A DNA stretch of 64,000 nucleotides from contig NIVC01000007.1 in NCBI GenBank assembly GCA_002269645.1, positions 106,129 to 170,128 on the forward strand, in the 5' to 3' direction. The stretch is from Macrostomum lignano (lineage: Eukaryota). Each line of letters starts with the position of its first letter. Position 1 is the stretch's first letter. Below are positions 37,601 to 51,189 of the stretch, one piece after another. The notes beneath the pieces are model-generated. The model ran no database searches. It was not told the DNA's origin and was given only the letters and a program-made list of their open reading frames with translations. The position numbers and the translations under genes were made by a program.

Positions 37601-40600
37601 ATGAAAGGCAAAAATATTTTACTGAAATTAACAAAGTAAAACATGTTTCAAGTATTTCTTCATTAATTAAGAGCAATACCATATGATACTATTCACTTAA
37701 TTTTGAATTTAGGAATGAAAAATGCAAAAATATGTGACAACCAGCATATTAGCTAAGCATTTAAGTTTTAAATTTAAATATTGTGATTGTTGCAGTAACT
37801 GTAACAGACTTCCGAAATTTGAGTAACTTACCGTTACTCCCAGTGCTGCCACTCTATATAGTAAAAAAATTAATGCACAAGGGAAAAAACACATTCTAAA
37901 ATTATGATTGTTTTTACCTCCTGTCACTAAAAGATATTTGAAGGTAGAAATTTTTAACGCTAAATTCAAATTTTATATTTAATTTTTTTCCTTGATTCCA
38001 GATAGGCAACATAACAAACAAAACACACAACACAGTGCAGCAGAATAATGAACTGTAAAAAATAGCTGTAATGAATTGACTTAAATAAAAAATTGATTGC
38101 TAAAAAGTTGCTTGTACTTAAAGAACAATGTGAAAGTTTATCTGTCATAGACAGTCAGATCAATTTATTGTACTACATTGTCAATGGTCACAGGGCTTCT
38201 TGCTGGTGGAAGCTTCTCCATTGGCATCGGCAATGGATTATTGGTCCACATTGGCTTGACTAGAGGACTTGCGCTTCGTAGCTACGCCTCCATCAAAAGC
38301 ACATTGGTCTAGCATTTGGCGGTTTTTTTCCACAGCCATTTTGGCTTTCCGGGCAGCCTCCCGCTCACGCTGCGCTTGCTTTAGGTGCTCAGCAACCTTC
38401 TGCAGCGCCAACTCTGCTTTGGTGACCTTTCGATTGGCTTCCTGCTCGAGGTCATGAGCAGCTTTCTCTCGCTGGCGAATCTTTGTTGCTTGCTCTAGGC
38501 GCTGCATTTTGCGCTTTGCTGTCTCAGCATCCTTGGCCGCTTGCACTGCAGCAGCCACCTGAGCCTTTTCAAGCTACTAAGAAAAAGCCTTACGCTTTTT
38601 CTTTTCTGCCTGGTGGGCAAAATACTTGGCTCGTGCTTTGATCCCGAGATCAATCAGGTTCCGACTGATGTTTGCATAGATGCACAGTTGCTGAGTTGAG
38701 CAAAGGAAGCTACAAACTCGAAGATGAGCTAGACGAGTGGTGTCAGCCATTGCGTTTCGCTTTGAATTATCATTGATGTCACTTGACTTCCCTATAGCAC
38801 ATTCTGGATTGGCATTGGCGTGGAAGAAGGTCATGACTGCTTGCGCTAACTTAGTCATCAAGGGGAACACTAGCTTGTCAAAGATGTTCTTATTATTGGC
38901 GACCTGATGCCAGAAAAGTGCTGGTGCTGGGTAGCTTTCGACAAGATGCCCTTGAAGACGCAGCTGCTGAACTTCTTGACGAAGAGAGTCAAGTTCCTTC
39001 TGGCATATTACTGTTGGCAGCTGCTTGGCCAGCGCAACAGCAAGGTCAGGACTCTCTTTGTCAAGCAGTTTGCCTGGATTGAGAACTTGCAGGTGTCGTA
39101 GAATGAACTTCCTAAATGGAAGTTCAGTTGCTAGGTAGCAGCAAGGTCTTGATAGAATGCACGAACCTTAAGAAAGAATAGTGCATTTTGAGATTCTCGT
39201 CTTCCTGGGTCGCGGAGTAGAATTAAGTCTCCTCGCCGACTCCTAGCTGGCTGTCATCGACTTGGCCGTTTCTTCGCTGGGCTTGTTTATTTATAATCAT
39301 GAAAAAGGATGGGTATGGTGTAGATAATAAGAAAAAATGCAGATATTACGCCTGGTGAAAAAATTATCGCATAATGCAGAGCCAGAGCTAAAAAAACGCA
39401 GCTGCGTTAAAAATGCAGGTAATAGCAGCACTGGTTACTCCGTTACTAAAATAAAAAAGTAACTTGTGTAAGGAACACTTTACAAACAAGTAACTTGCAT
39501 TACCATTTGCAAGTTACTCGGTAATGGAAGTGCCCAACACTGGCCATTTCACCTGTCCAGTTCAGACAGGTTAGATGGGTGTTGGGCATGTATGATACCA
39601 GGGGAAATACTTTATCATAAAACTTTGAGTACTATCTATAAACTATTGATTTATCTCTATAAACTTTAAATAGCTTTTCATGATAACTAATAATATAGAT
39701 TCTAAGGTAATATTTAGCAATAGCTAACCCCCTCTCTTGCATCACTTATGCTACCATACTGCCAAGATAGAATTCATTCCAAAAACAAAAAAATGTGTTT
39801 TGCATAGAAAGTAAAAAAATGTACATGCAATATTAAATGCATATTATAATATTAAATGTCAAAATTTTTTCAGATCTAAAGGAGCTTTAATAAATTAATA
39901 TTGGTGCCAGTATTACTATAGCTATATTTAAATCAAACAATATGCATAGACGGCCTACTCTTCTGGCTGGCAAAAAATCCACTGTTCTACACACTTGATA
40001 TATGAAATATACTCTTGCCACAATGACCTAAAAGTTTTATATGCCATTGCATTGGTGATTCACAGGGGCGTAGCGAGGGGGGTATCGGTATATCGGCCGA
40101 TACCCCCAAATTTCCAAAGCAACATTTTTTTCCTTTTTTCAGTTGCAATTGTGACCATTAAGGAAGAAAAAGGTATCCAAATCGAAAGAATAACAATTAA
40201 CAAACAAATAGAGTAATTATATGTATCATGCACTAGAAATACATTAAGGGGATATGTGGATCTCAAGCCCTTGCTTTCTGATAACAGCTAACCAATACCC
40301 CAAAAAAAAATCCTGGCTACACCCCTGGTGATTCACTAATTCAGAAATATATGAAGGCTATTGCCACTAGACATCAATGCAAAGTGCTGCATAAAGGACT
40401 ATAGGATATTGTGTAGTATAATTTGCATATTTAGTTTACAACTAGCAATCTACGCCCCCCCGTTGGGGAGCCAAAGAAATGCTATACACGTTTTTTAATA
40501 AGCTACATGTATCCTTGAAATCTTAAAAAATCTCCTGTCAAACCTTGTAAGCCTTGACATGTCAGTAATTCCCCCCCCCCCAGCTTTAACATATCAACTT

Positions 40601-43600
40601 CCCCCTTGACATCTCAGCAATGCCCCCAATAAGCCTTGGAAATCTAAAAATATCTGTCAACCTTCTAACCCTAACCCTAACCCTAACCCTAACCCTAACC
40701 TAACCCTAAAGCATTGAAATTTCAGTAATTCTCTCTAAGAGTCATAATAGCACTACTACAGCATTATAGCGATAAGCTTCTTTTATTTTTTACATAACGC
40801 TTTTTTTATCAGCGATCCCTCGCCTGAGGAGGCATCAAATAATGTAATAAAAAGTTTTCAATAAACTACATGTAGCTTCTGACTTTAGCCTTGAAATCTC
40901 ATTTATACCCCCGTGAGCCTTGACATCTCAGCTATTCCCCCCCGTAAGCCTTGACATGTCAGCGATGGCCCCCATAAACCTTGAAATCTAAAAAATCCAC
41001 TGTTAACCTTGAAACCCGATAAAATATAACCCTCAACCCACACCTGACCTAAACCTAACTTTAACCCAACCTAAAGCCTTGAAATCTCAGCAATTCTTCT
41101 CCCCTAAGCCTTGACATTTTAGTGATTCCTTCTTTAAGAATCACAGCACTATAACGATTTCCACCAAGCTTTGACATCGTAGCAATTCCCAAATGAATCT
41201 TTTAACTTCGACATGACTTTTCTTTTATGTATACATAGTGCTACTTTTATTTTTTACATGACTCTTCTTCTATCAGCACCCCCCCATGGCGAGCCAACAA
41301 AGAATGCAATAAAAATTGAGTAAAGTACATGAACTTTGAAGTAGCTTCTGACTTTTGCTTTGAGATCCCAGAAACAACCCCCCCCCTCGTAATCTCAGTT
41401 ATTCTCTGAGAGCCTTTACGTCTCAGTTTTTCTTCCCAGCACAGCATTATAGCTGCATTTTATTTTTACATGACACCCTTCATGTCTGACATGACGCTTC
41501 TTTTGATTTTTACATTACACTTCTTTTATTCTTCCATGATGCTTCTTAATTTTTTAAATGACGCTTTCATTAGTTTTTAAATGAGGCTTCTATGATTTTT
41601 TCATGACGCTTCTATGATTGTTTACATGACGCTTCTATGCTTTTTACATGACGCTTCTATGCTTTTTACATGACGCTTCTATGATTATTTCATGACGCTT
41701 CTATGATTGTTTACATGACGCTTCTATGATTATTTACATGATGCTTCTACGATTTCTGCAGGACGCTTCTATGATTTTTACATGATGCTTCTATGATTTT
41801 TTCATGACGCTTCTATGATTTTTTCATGACGCTTCCATGATTTTTTACATGACACTTCTATGATTTTTACATGACGCTTCCATGATTTTTTCATGACGCT
41901 TCTGTGATTGTTTATATGACGCTTTTATGCTTTTTATATGACGCTTCTATGATTTTTACATGACGCTTCTATGATTTTTACATGACGCTACTATGATTTT
42001 TACATGACGCTTCCATGATTTTTTACATGACGCTTCTATGATTTTTACATGACGCTTCTATGATTATTTCATGACGCTTCTACGATATCTGCAGGACGCT
42101 TCTATGATTTTTTACATGACGCTTCTATGATTTTTACATGACGCTTCCATGATTTTTTACATGACGCTTCTATGCTTTTTATATGACGATTCTATGATTT
42201 TTACATGACGTTTCTATGATTTTTACATGACGTTTCTATGATTTTTTCATGACGCTCCAATGTTTTTTTCATGACGCTTCTATGATTTTTTCATGACGCT
42301 TCTATGATTTTTACATGACGCTACTATGATTTTTACATGACGCTTCCATGATTTTTTACATGACGCTTCTATGATTTTTACATGACGCTTCTATGATTAT
42401 TTCATGACGCTTCTACGATATCTGCAGGACGCTTCTATGATTTTTTACATGACGCTTCTATGATTTTTACATGACGCTTCCATGATTTTTTACATGACGC
42501 TTCTATGCTTTTTATATGACGATTCTATGATTTTTACATGACGTTTCTATGATTTTTTCATGACGCTCCAATGTTTTTTTCATGACGCTTCTATGATTTT
42601 TTTCATGACGCTTCTATGATTTTTACATGACGCTACTATGATTTTTACATGACGCTTCCATGATTTTTTACATGACGCTTCTATGATTTTTACATGACGC
42701 TTCTATGATTATTTCATGACGCTTCTACGATATCTGCAGGACGCTTCTATGATTTTTTACATGACGCTTCTATGATTTTTTACATGACGCTTCTATGATT
42801 GTTTACATGACGCTTCTATGATTGTTTACATGACGCTTCTATGATTTTTTACATGACGCTTCTATGATTGTTTACATGACGCTTCTATGATTTTTTACAT
42901 GACGCTTCTATGATTGTTTACATGACGCTTCTATGATTTTTTACATGACGCTTCTATGATTTTTTACATGACGCTTCTATGATTGTTTACATGACGCTTC
43001 TATGATTTTTTACATGACGCTTCTATGATATTTTCATGACGCTTCTATGATTTTTTACATGACGCTTCTATGATTTTTTACATGACGCTTCTATGATTTT
43101 TTAGTTTTCTTCTTGGTGTTAAAAAGCTTTAATTAAAAAAATTCCACTCTCTAAAAATTCGAACCATCGTCCCTGCATTTAGCAGTCAGTCTGTTTACCT
43201 CTAGGCTAGCTCTCATCGTTTTGATAATATGAATTTTAGCACTTATAATTATAAGTTTCAAAACTCCAAGCATAGAGTAAATCACACGAGGCAGTTATGA
43301 CATAATCAATTTCTCAGTCAGTCAGTATCAGTTAACAATATGGTTACGCAATTTAAATCAAGTCTGGTGCTACGCTTCCACACTGCATTTTCAATTCAAG
43401 TCAGAGTTACAATTCAGTTATGATGCAATCTATTTCAGAATCAGAATTCAACCAGTCAGTTTTTTCTCTAGCATTCTTACAATGCATTTCAAGTCGAAAA
43501 GATTGCTTGACCTTTGCAAAAAAGCATGTTTTTCGAACATTTAATCCCTTTAACATGGAGCAATTTCTTAGCCAAGATGCATGTACCGTCACGGGAAAAT

Positions 43601-44807
43601 TTCTGATCGAACAGTGCAAGTCTCATGAAAATCGGTTAAGCCATTTTTTCTCTAATCGATTACAAGCAAGCAAGCAAGCAAGATTTTCATTTTTAGTATA
43701 TAGGATAGTCCAAGCAGCGAGACTAATGCTGCACTCTACATAAGGGCATACCTGATATGGCCTTTTGACCTATTGCGCAAGCAATGACTTTGATTGGTTG
43801 GCCATGTCATCTGGTTAGAGCAGAGGCCCATTATCCTAAGCTGCTACATAAGATACTACTGCCCAAACTGCAGGGACTAAATAGACAAAGCCAATGATAA
43901 ACAATGAGATATCCTGACAGGCTTTTGACTGATACTGGTGCCCTACTAGACCAAGCTAGGGATGTGACTTTCTGAGGGTTAGGCCTATGGCCTAAATACA
44001 CACTCTAACTTCTTCTCCCTTTTTGGCCACTGCATAGCTGGCAAATGAAGTACTTTGTTTGTTGCTATTGTTATTGTTGTTGCACATTTAAACATAAACA
44101 AGTCATCAAGTCTCTCTAAAGTTCAAACATAAACCAACCTAAAATATGATAATATTTAGGCCTATACTATTAGTATTAATAATGCAATTGTTGCCAGGCT
44201 ACTTAGCCCTAGGCCTGGCCTATGGATATGCTTTATTATTTGATTAAATTATTAAATGAATTTAAAGCATTTAGTTGCTAAATTGAAAAGTGACAAAAAA
44301 CTTACCAGTCATAATGCTTTTAGAAAAATTGAACTCATGAGAAACTTTGCCAGTAGAAAGCATCCTTGCAGGAAGAGCATATGTATCTTGCAATCTAACA
44401 ATAGCATCCATAGCACCATCAACATCTTCTATGCCTGGTAGGGAAAGGTTTTGAATTCTAGATTCAAACGAGTTTTTCAACTCCTCTTTCTTCCCTTTCA
44501 CATGTTCTTGCCAGTCTACGCCAAGGCGTTTAAGCATTAGATAGGCATAAACTGGATGAGTTAAGTCGGTTGAGTTAGTGTCATCCGTTTTAACTCTGGA
44601 TTTCAGTGTCTCAGCAAATCGCTTCACGGAAGAAAGTCGCACCATTTCTTGCGATACATAATCTTCAAGAGCCACAGCAAGATCTTGCTCCTGCTGCAGT
44701 GATTTTTGAATGTCAATTACAGCAGTGAATAATTCGCATGAGCAATGGTCCGCCCATAAAGAAACGACACAAATCACGAGCAACAGCAAATTGCACTTTA
44801 AATTCAT
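31662..44807 (-). CDS. P4HA: Collagen prolyl 4-hydroxylase alpha subunit, 5 exons, 546 aa
   Basis: Exons 44807-44306, 34828-34662, 34555-34199, 33154-32894, 32015-31662 (1641 nt, phases consistent). Signal peptide MNLKCNLLLLVICVVSLW then ELFTA; THPVYAYLMLKRL; AIVRLQDTY; TPR segment; RISKSAWL; EELQVVNYGLGGHYEPHYDF (HxD); GNRIATLLYYLSDV; TRHAACPVLHGSKWVMNKWFHE (second His and Lys of the 2OG-Fe(II) site). Confidence 0.95.
32090..32790. repeat. 28-bp tandem array (GATAGAGGTCCTAAAACTGGTCCTTTTA), P4HA intron 4
   Basis: Direct reading; the array degenerates toward the 3' splice site. Confidence 0.95.
33310..34110. repeat. 24-25-bp tandem array (GATCCCAGATTCCAAATCCCAAAT), P4HA intron 3
   Basis: Direct reading. 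Confidence 0.95.
35430..36015. repeat. About 78-bp repeat (GTGAGAGTGAAAGTTGCATTGCCCAATGCTAGGTATAGAGATAGATAAGTCCCTAGGAATTAAAGCATG...), about 3 tandem copies plus one displaced copy
   Basis: Direct reading at about 35430-35645 and 35930-36015. Confidence 0.8.
37122..39542 (-). mobile_element. hAT DNA transposon deletion derivative (2421 bp) retaining the transposase C-terminus, in P4HA intron 1
   Basis: 12-bp TIR CAGTGTTGGGCA / TGCCCAACACTG; perfect 8-bp TSD GCCATTTC (37114-37121, 39543-39550); subterminal GTAACT/AGTTAC repeats. Minus-strand frame about 39130-38577: LPFRKFILRHLQVLNP...FWHQV...VFPLMTKLAQAVMTFFHANANPE (resembles the hAT dimerization domain). Confidence 0.9.
40063..40327. mobile_element. 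hAT-type MITE, 265 bp
   Basis: TIR CAGGGGCGTAGC / GCTACACCCCTG (11 of 12 match); perfect 8-bp TSD GTGATTCA (40055-40062, 40328-40335). Confidence 0.9.
40442..41130 (-). mobile_element. Helitron-like non-autonomous element (3' part) with a (CCCTAA)n tract and internally duplicated modules
   Basis: A-CTAG-CAATCTACGCCCCCCCGTTGGGGAGCC at 40441-40472 is the inverted equivalent of 23199-23228; (CCCTAA)n at about 40667-40708; AGCCTTGACAT/CTACATGTAG modules recur out to about 41130. Confidence 0.6.
41480..43100. repeat. About 22-23-bp tandem array (CATGACGCTTCTATGATTTTTTA), about 70 copies with higher-order blocks, P4HA intron 1
   Basis: Direct reading; the variant CGATATCTGCAGGACG recurs at about 42085, 42420 and 42730. 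Confidence 0.96.
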
Positions 44808-47800
44808 ATTTATAGACTGTAGCAAAAGCTCAATTAAAATAAGACTTCGCGATAGCAATGAAAGGCAATAAACTAAAGGAAAAGTCAAGATGACGCGATG
44901 ATGACGATTTACTGGGCTAGTGAGATTGAGATCTTCTGGGTCGTTCGCAAATTCTAGGAGGAGCAAAAATTTTAACAATTTTCCGAACATTTACTATTGT
45001 TACTGCCATATTGAAAATAATAGGACACTTTTATCTGTGAATAAAGATAATTTTTGGGTTAAACTTTATCATGCAAAAGTGTTTTTTAATCATCTGGCGG
45101 TATTAAGCGATAATTAGCGATGAAAAAATTCAAATTCAATCATTTCACCGATGTTAATTTTTGGTACTACAAGATGTCTGTAGCTAAAAAAAAGTTGTTG
45201 TTGTGTTGAAACCTTGCTATATTACATTTAAAATTAAAGCTTATATAAATTTAATTTAAGATTTTTTTAAAGCTCAATAAACTGCACTATAAATGATTTT
45301 ATAGACGCTTAAATGTACGCCTAGCATTTCCGGTGGGATAGCCTCTTTGCGTCTCACAAAATGTATTTTTTCAGCTGACGTCTAGAATGTGCGCTTAAAA
45401 TGATACATTTTGATGCAGATAATTAGAAAAACATGTCTTTTTATCTTTTTGTAAAAATTGTTATGAAATAGAGCACTATTGTTGATAAAAATAATTAAAA
45501 GCAACCATGCATCGCAATAAACTCCTACTTTGAAGCACAAAATAAATATCCTGTAACCACACTAGCATTCTCCATGGAGCACCTTTTGAGCTGAAATTTT
45601 ACACAGATATCCAGTAAAGTAAACTGAGCAAATGATTTTTTTTGTTTTTGAAAATACTTCAATTTGGCTATGTATCAGTTAGTACATTGGACATATTTAT
45701 TATATTTTTATTAAAATCCTTGTAACCAAGCTACAGAGAAACATGTGCAAAACTGGACCTTGAAATTTGACCTGAATGATCAGCAAATGTGTATCTCGAA
45801 ATGATTTTTTTTGTTTTCATCAAGTCATTCTATGCTAATTTTTTCTGAAGGTAAAGATACCATATATTTAGAGTCAATAGGGGAAGCATTTAGACTTATT
45901 CAATAGTCATTAAAATTGCAACTATATTATTATAATATAGTAATAATATTATACATGTATTATATAGTAATATTAACTTCTAAGATGCCCTTATAAATTT
46001 AAGTAAAGACAACAGGCCTTAATTAATTAATCAGCATTTTGAAAAAACTGACCTTATACAGATGGGCCCCAAGCTAAGAAATGAATGTAGAGCTTATTTC
46101 GTGTAAGGTATAAAAATCAATTTATTAAAATATTAAATACTTCTAATAAATTGGTTAAATTAGTTATTTACCTTGAATTAATTTAATTTTAATAATTAAA
46201 TATATAAATTTGTTTCACTTCTTACTGCATTTAAATAGAGTACCTCTCTACTATACTATAGAAGTATAGTAAAAGTACATGGTAAAAAAGTATAGTAAAA
46301 AATTTTCTTTGGTTTAATCCCAGCTTGCCTCAGTTTTTTAGTCTTAATACGAGCTAGATAGTAAGTGTTGATTAATTTGCTCCATCACCTTTTGCCACGG
46401 AAACAGCACATGTCGGACATGCAACACTCTTCCTGATCCCTGGATTCAAGATGACTGCTTCTGCTTCTTCAATGCTTGAAAACTGAGCTCATGGAGCTTT
46501 AGGTTATGCTGTCAGAGTGCTGCTGCCGGTGCTGTGTGTGTATGTGTGTGTCTTCTGCGGGTAGGTTCCATGTCCCTCAGTTTAGCCACTGTTGTGGGCT
46601 AACTGGAGGAATTGCCGTTGTCGGTGCTGCAGGTGGCACTGCATGGTAGTATTGACGCTGTCAGTGACGCTGGCAAAGGCTTGGACGAAGCTAGGTGCCG
46701 TCATTGTCAGAAGGACATGCGTGTGCTGCTTAGACCAGTGCGCACATTCGACTGGACTCGTATCTGGTGCAGTCTGGTGTATTCACTGAGATTGTGTGGA
46801 TCTGCCTCCTCGCATCACCTCAACCAGGCTCAATTTCTTTTGTAGAATTTTCGTGCGCTGCTTAACTGCATCTTGTGCCTGCTGAGTGATGCCAAGAATT
46901 GTGCCACACAATAATTTGGCCCATAAACTACTCGTATATTATACATATGTATGCACAGCACACACACACGCAGTTCATTCATATTAAATGTACTAGTTAA
47001 TGGAATTCTCATCTCATGAGCTCTAGTCTATGGACAAACCTGAAATTACTAGAATATCTAGATAGATCTAAACTTCTTTGAGCAGCGCGTTGCGCTGCGA
47101 GCAAAATACATGTAGATTCCTTAGCGCAACTAATTAATAGTGTAGTACAGTCTACAGCCTGAAGTAGCCTGTGTAAGATGCGGAGGGATGATTTTTGCAT
47201 AGGAAGCCACTACGGTAAGGTTGATGGAACTATGGGGAGGTGAGAGATTCAAAGCGAGGGACGGAAGCCATGCATAGTTCGATCATAAGTTTGATTATTC
47301 CATGAGTCTGGGGATGCATTAACGAGAGGCGGACGAGAGCATAGAAATAAAGCGGGCTAAATATATTACTACACAAAATTACATGTACTAGCTAGTAATT
47401 TCAGAATGGTCAGCGACTCCTCCGATTTGTATCCGCGACCGCGTGCCCACAAATCCCCCGGCAGACCCTGTCGCAGTTGGTGGTTGTGCACAGAATACAA
47501 TGTTAATTTTCGAGCTTCTCTGCAAAAAATGCGTGATGCACTCAAGATGCGTGCTATAGTCTACTTCTTTGATTGATGGCTGGGTTTTGCCTTTTCGCTT
47601 GTGATCATCAAAAGCTTGGGCGTCATTGCTACTGGTGTTTCAGTGTGCGCATTATGTCTGGTTATCATATTATGTGTATGTGCAGTGTCTTTTACCTACA
47701 TTTTTGTTTGTCTCTGTTTCCTGCATGCTCTTTCGCATTTTTACACCTCGCACACCCTCATTTTTCTCAATTAACAAGTGAAATCTTTTTTTAAAGACTA

Positions 47801-49215
47801 ACTGCTATTTTAGTTAAGCTAGTAGGTTTTTGGTAATTAAATAATTCAATTTTGTCTATTTTCCAAAAAGTTTCAAAAAATGAATTGATTAAAATAAATT
47901 TGAATTATTTTAAGTTAATTGGAGTAAAATGTCTAATAAGTAACTATAATTTTTTATTTTAAGTACATGCAGCTTTGGTATAAGTATTAATGTAATAAGT
48001 ACTTAAAGTAAAATCAAGCAAGTTATAGTTTTCAGAAATTATGCTACAAATAATCAAATATATACTAGAATCCGAATTCCTTTATTAAGGAACATGCAGT
48101 TGATATTAAATCCACAATGTGCTTTTTGGTGTTCAAGGATAGTTCCCTGACTTTTTCTATTATTAGTTAGATTTTATTATATTTAATGTAAAAATGAACA
48201 ATTCTATTCACCGTAAAAATGAACATTCTTTATTTGTCGAATCATCTTGACTTTGAAAAGATACATAGTGAAAACTTGATTTTTAATTCAACTTTTCAAG
48301 ACTTATTTAGACTTCTTAATTCAGTGATTAGTTAAACTGATCGAAGTCCTTTCGAGTGCATGCTATAATAATTTCGCACTTTTTCGCACACGATAATTTT
48401 AAATGTCTGGGATTTAGAGCAGAGTAACAAAATGCTGTGCTCAAAAACATTTCCTTTGTCAATTTCTTGTTCTTTTATTTTTGCAAAAGAAATTTAACTG
48501 CATATTTAAAATAAAAATAGAAGAAAATTTTATTTTCTCTTTAATATTTTTGTCGTTTATTTTCCGCAACAAAGAATAACAAATAGCCTTGATTTCTTCT
48601 CAATTTCAAGTTTTCTTGTGGTTTTAGTAGCAGCTTCTTACAGAAATTGTCGAAATAATTTTTTTTGTACGATTATTGGTCGATGTATAAACTTTTTTTG
48701 CAATAACAAAAAGTTGTGACCTAGCTTTGAGAACGACCCTTCTCATGGAAAGTTTAAAGATATCGCGATGATAAAGGTTTAAAAAGAAACAAAACTACAA
48801 GTTTAAATAAAAATACTGCTGCTACCTAAAACTTTCAGTTCATTGCCTTGCAAAAGAATCAATGCATGAATTTTAAATGTGTGCTAAAAATATGAAATCT
48901 AAAAGAGATTGATTTTTTTTACGTTTTAAAATGTGCTTTCTGAGAACTCGTAAAATTACTAAAAATCATCACATCTTGCAGTGTGAATTGCGCGAATGTG
49001 CGATTCCCATTGCGAATGCGAATAGCCCATTTTTATCTCTTTCACCGTGTGGTCCACTCGGTGGGATTTTTTAGCGTTTAATTGTGCTCTTTTCGGTAGT
49101 TATTGGAGCACACCACTCTGGGTCTACTAGCCGATGGCATGGCCCCGCCTATATTGGCCTATTTGGAAATTGTAAATTGCAGTTCTAGGCCTATAAACAT
49201 TGACTACAGGACAGC

Positions 49216-49952
49216 CGGGTCTATGAGAATTTCCCGCAGGAATTTTTCCCGCCGAGCTTTCCCCGCACGAGATTTTCCCGCAGCGAGTTTTTCCCGCGAC
49301 GAAAATTTGCCGCAGGAGCTTTCCCCGCACGGCCGCACGAGATTCTCCGGCAGCGAGTTTTTACCGCAGCGAGAGTTTCCCGTAGGAAATTTCCCCGTCG
49401 AGATTTTCCTGCCGAGCTTTTACCGCCGAGATTTTCCCGCACGAATTTTCCCGGCACAGACTTTTTCCAGCAGAAAGATTTTCCCACAAGAAATTTCTTG
49501 TGATTGCCTGTTTACCTTAAGAAAGAAATTATAAAAAGGAAAGCTATTAGCAGAGACGCGATTTTCTTTGATAAATTCGACACAGGCAGCCAGCCAGGCA
49601 GACAGACAGACAGACAGACAGACAGGTAGGAAGGTAGGAAGGTAAACAGGCAATCATGACACAAGAAATTTCTTGCGGGAAAATCTTTCTGCTGGAAAAA
49701 GTCTATGTGGGGAAAATTTGTGCAGGAAAATCTTGGCGGTAAAAGCTTGGCAGGAAAATCTCGACAGGAAATTTCTTGCAGGAAACTCTCGCTGCAGTAA
49801 AAACTTGCTGCGGGAGAATCTCGTGTGGGAAAAGCTCCTGCGGCAAATTTTTGTTGCGGGAAAAACTCGCTGCGGCAAAATCTCGTGCAGGAAAAACTTG
49901 TGCGGGGAAAGCTTGGTGGGAAAAATTCCTGCGGGAAATTCTCGTGCTCCCA
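49216..49952. mobile_element. Foldback-type non-autonomous element with about 280-bp imperfect, internally repetitive inverted arms
   Basis: 49225-49500 (GAGAATTTCCCGCAGGAATTTTTCCC...) is mirrored by about 49660-49943 (...GGAAAAATTCCTGCGGGAAATTCTC); spacer contains (GACA)n; GACAGC direct repeat at 49210-49215 and 49953-49958 is a possible TSD. Confidence 0.75.
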
Positions 49953-51189
49953 GACAGCTGCTATTTGGTCAGTAAGTCAATTGGTCTCGACTCTCTTCTA
50001 GTTCTAGGATCTGGACTAGCTGTTGATCAGGTTCATGCAATGGAACCATTACTTCCCCTTTTTTATGCTATATAATAAACATTGTGGTATATAGTAGGTC
50101 TTATATAGGTGGATGGATAATGCTGCTTTATTTATAATTTACTTAAAACATTTAGAACAAGGAAGCTTTAGCCTGTCCTGTCAGCTGTCTACAAAATCCC
50201 AGCCTGGGTTTTTTGCCTAAGACAAGGTGCAAAATCACACCCTATGCAAAATCATACCCTAACCTAGATTCTCAGCCAAATAATCAAATCTAAGAGATAT
50301 TTCAAAGCTATAAATATAATTGTTATATATTTAGCCTAATATAAATTTATATCTGTTGCTATCTGGTTCTATAAAGCCAAACAGTTCTTTAAGGTTTAAT
50401 TTGCCTTAGATAATAATAACAATTAGAGAAACTTAATTTCAACTGTTATACTTTTTTAGACCTAGCTCTAAGAAATTACTGGTCTTGATTCTTTATATCT
50501 AGTAAAGATGATAGTGGCAGCTTCACACTACTCATAGTAGATAAGTAGAATAATTGATAGTTAAACATCTTATCATATACTCATGCAATAGTTTGTGGCC
50601 ACTATGCCCAAATGCCGACTCTCTCATCCCTCCCTAATATATAAAGTGCCCTAGCTTTATAATCTTGTTACAAGCCTTGCTATCACTTATGAAGTCTTAA
50701 AGCCAAATAAACAAGCAAAGCAAGATACAATCTTTGTTATTCATCAAGCACTAGAATTGTCATTTGAGCATCACACATCTGATATATTCAACTTCAAGTT
50801 AGGATTATATACTTATATCCCCAATTTTATGTCTTGGTGCTACTATTAACCTAAAGCAATAGGTTTTTTAAGTCAGTACCATTGTATATCTTTGTTGTCA
50901 AATCTAAATATACTAAATCTCTAAGGTTTGTTTGTATGCTTGCTTGTCCATAATAAGTTCACTATTTTTCTTGCATTGCTATGACAAACATCAGTCCTAG
51001 TTCAATGCTACTCAACAGACAGGTAAATTAGTATATTGAATGGTTATGTATCAAATTTTAAGTCATTTTTATTAAGCTAAACTGTTCTATGCATTGGCAA
51101 AATCTTTGTGTATTACCACATTTCTCTTAGCCTAATTCCATACAACACAACAACAAAAATACATTGTCAATCAGTTAGTAGACAACATC

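Noticed and set aside
46370-46830. Minus-strand CPTC...AKGDG peptide reminiscent of an RBR/IBR ligase segment
   Set aside because: Too short, lacks the following Cys/His ligands, and is bounded by stops; chance similarity is likely.
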